Shown here: positions 62,682 to 64,000 of the stretch, one piece after another
How the letters are laid out: the number at the start of each line of letters is the position of its first letter
How positions within the stretch are numbered: the first letter of the stretch is position 1
Assembly (NCBI GenBank): GCA_965649225.1
Contig: CBFGJX010000003.1
Location: 1-64,000 of the forward strand
Direction of reading: 5' to 3'
DNA length: 64,000 nt
Origin: a candidate division WOR-3 bacterium
GTDB taxonomy: Bacteria; Hydrothermota; Tepidihabitantia; Tepidihabitantales; Tepidihabitantaceae
Position numbers and translations under genes: made by a program
Notes under the pieces: model-generated
Database searches by the model: none
Seen by the model: only the letters and a program-made list of their open reading frames with translations
Told to the model about the DNA's origin: nothing

Positions 62682-63580
62682 TGCCCGCTCCTGATTATCT
62701 CCACTGCCCGCAGCCGCGCACTCCGCGCCCGCGGATTCCGTGCCAATTCACTTTCACTGGGTCGCAACGGTTTTGGCGTCAGCACAACGGCCTGGCCGGC
62801 CTGCGCTGCCGCCCGAAAACTGCGCTTCACCAACCGGTCCTCGAGCGAATGGTAGGCGATTACCACCATCCGCCCCCCCGGCGCAACCAGTTCCAGCCCC
62901 ACCCTCAGTCCTTCTGCTACCCGCTCCAGCTCCCGATTAACCGCAATCCTGACCGCCTGAAAAACCCGGGCCAGAGTCGCACGCTCACGGCGTCTGGGCA
63001 CCGCCCGTCTCACCGCTGCCGCCAGGTCGGCCGTCGTTCTGAGCCCCTGGCGCAGCGCTGTCACGCTGCGTGCTATCCTGCCGCTCATCGGTTCCTCACC
63101 CCAGCGTCGCAACAATTCACACAGCTGTTTCTCTGACATTCGCCGCAATAAATCGGCAGCTGTCTGCCCCTGGCTCTGATCGAAACGCATGTCCAGAGGT
63201 CCGGCCACATCAAAGCCGAATCCCCGCGCCGGGCTCTTGAGCTGATACAGCGACACACCCAGATCGAGCAGTACGCCGCTCACCGGCAGAAGTCCCAATT
63301 GACGGGCAAGCAGGCCCATCCGGCAATAGTCAGAATGTACCAATTCCACGTTGTCAAAGCTCTCAAGTTGCCTGCGGGCGGCAGCGATTGCCTCGCCGTC
63401 CGCGTCAATTCCTAACAGCCGAATCGGGCCGGTTGCACGCTCGAGAATGACACGGGCATGACCACCGCCCCCGACCGTGCCGTCGACAATCGTCCCGCTC
63501 TGCGGCTGCAAAAACAGCGCGACCTCATCCGCCATCACCGGCTGGTGAAACATTCCCTGTTCCGGGTCGGGCGTCACCAT
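62678..63580 (-). CDS. rsmH: 16S rRNA m4C1402 methyltransferase
   Basis: HQPVM, DGTVGGGGH, DLGVS, LDMR, FQAVRIAVN, HSLEDR, NPRARSA. Confidence 0.97.
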   Translation of the reverse strand: MVTPDPEQGMFHQPVMADEVALFLQPQSGTIVDGTVGGGGHARVILERATGPIRLLGIDADGEAIAAARRQLESFDNVELVHSDYCRMGLLARQLGLLPVSGVLLDLGVSLYQLKSPARGFGFDVAGPLDMRFDQSQGQTAADLLRRMSEKQLCELLRRWGEEPMSGRIARSVTALRQGLRTTADLAAAVRRAVPRRRERATLARVFQAVRIAVNRELERVAEGLRVGLELVAPGGRMVVIAYHSLEDRLVKRSFRAAAQAGQAVVLTPKPLRPSESELARNPRARSARLRAVEIIRSGQ

Positions 63581-64000
63581 TTTTATCTGCTCGCTCCGTG
63601 CCCCGTCTCAGCCGGTCCAGCTCCACCAGGTCTTTGTCATAGTTCTCCTCAGCGCCACCCGAATACTCGCGGTAGCGCGCCGGATCCCAAAGCTCGATGA
63701 AAGAACCGACACCGCGTATCACCGTCGCCGAACTGATGCCCGCAATCTCACGCAGCACCTGAGGAATCAACACCCGGCCCTGCTCATCCATCTCGACTTC
63801 CCAGGCATTACCCAGTTTTGTGCGGCGCAACCGCCGTGCCTGAGGGTCGTAAAGCGACAGTTCTCCCAGCGTCTCGCGCACATGAGCCACCCAGGCATCA
63901 CGACTGTATAATTCGATACAACGGTCCGGCCCGCGTGCCAGCACCAGCCCGTGCGCAGCAACCGACTGCAGCTTTCGCCGAAAAGCATTCGGCACCGCCA
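63525..64000 (-). CDS. mraZ: MraZ (5' end outside the window)
   Basis: PNAFR, DEQGRVLIP, IELWD; upstream of rsmH. Confidence 0.9.
   Translation of the reverse strand, partial: AVPNAFRRKLQSVAAHGLVLARGPDRCIELYSRDAWVAHVRETLGELSLYDPQARRLRRTKLGNAWEVEMDEQGRVLIPQVLREIAGISSATVIRGVGSFIELWDPARYREYSGGAEENYDKDLVELDRLRRGTERADKNGDARPGTGNVSPAGDGG

Overview
GC-rich bacterial chromosome segment made up mostly of housekeeping genes. The gene set (C25 protease with a FlgD-Ig-like C-terminus, several peptidases, meso-DAP-type MurE) suggests a diderm FCB-related lineage such as WOR-3; this is inference only. From left to right: the 5' ~2 kb of a 23S rRNA gene with its own promoter and no 16S upstream; ybhB, tldE/tldD and a CDF transporter; a ~1630-aa gingipain-like protease; gspE/gspF-like genes; recF-dciA-gyrB-M42; DUF58/BatA; cdaR-tsaD; an smpB-amidase-murI-rph-rluD operon; a giant Ser/Thr kinase-STAND ATPase-TPR-GAF-sigma54 activator; a split GMP synthase subunit; transporters; comEC; and a dcw cluster lacking murF, ddl and ftsQ. 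The best candidate for an undescribed system is the unannotated gap between the giant activator and smpB. It holds a consensus sigma54 promoter, repeated GATTGTCGCAC putative enhancer sites and a perfect Shine-Dalgarno driving an 18-aa Pro/Arg-rich peptide (MDGIPILPRPRPVIPPPR) that aligns without gaps to the ribosome-inhibiting insect peptide oncocin. Other highlights: many apparently leaderless genes, a predominance of 16-bp promoter spacers, an orphan ~60-nt sRNA candidate, a small ORF with an internal TAG, a frameshifted ABC permease and a sharp GC break inside comEC. All calls come from reading the sequence; no database searches were run.
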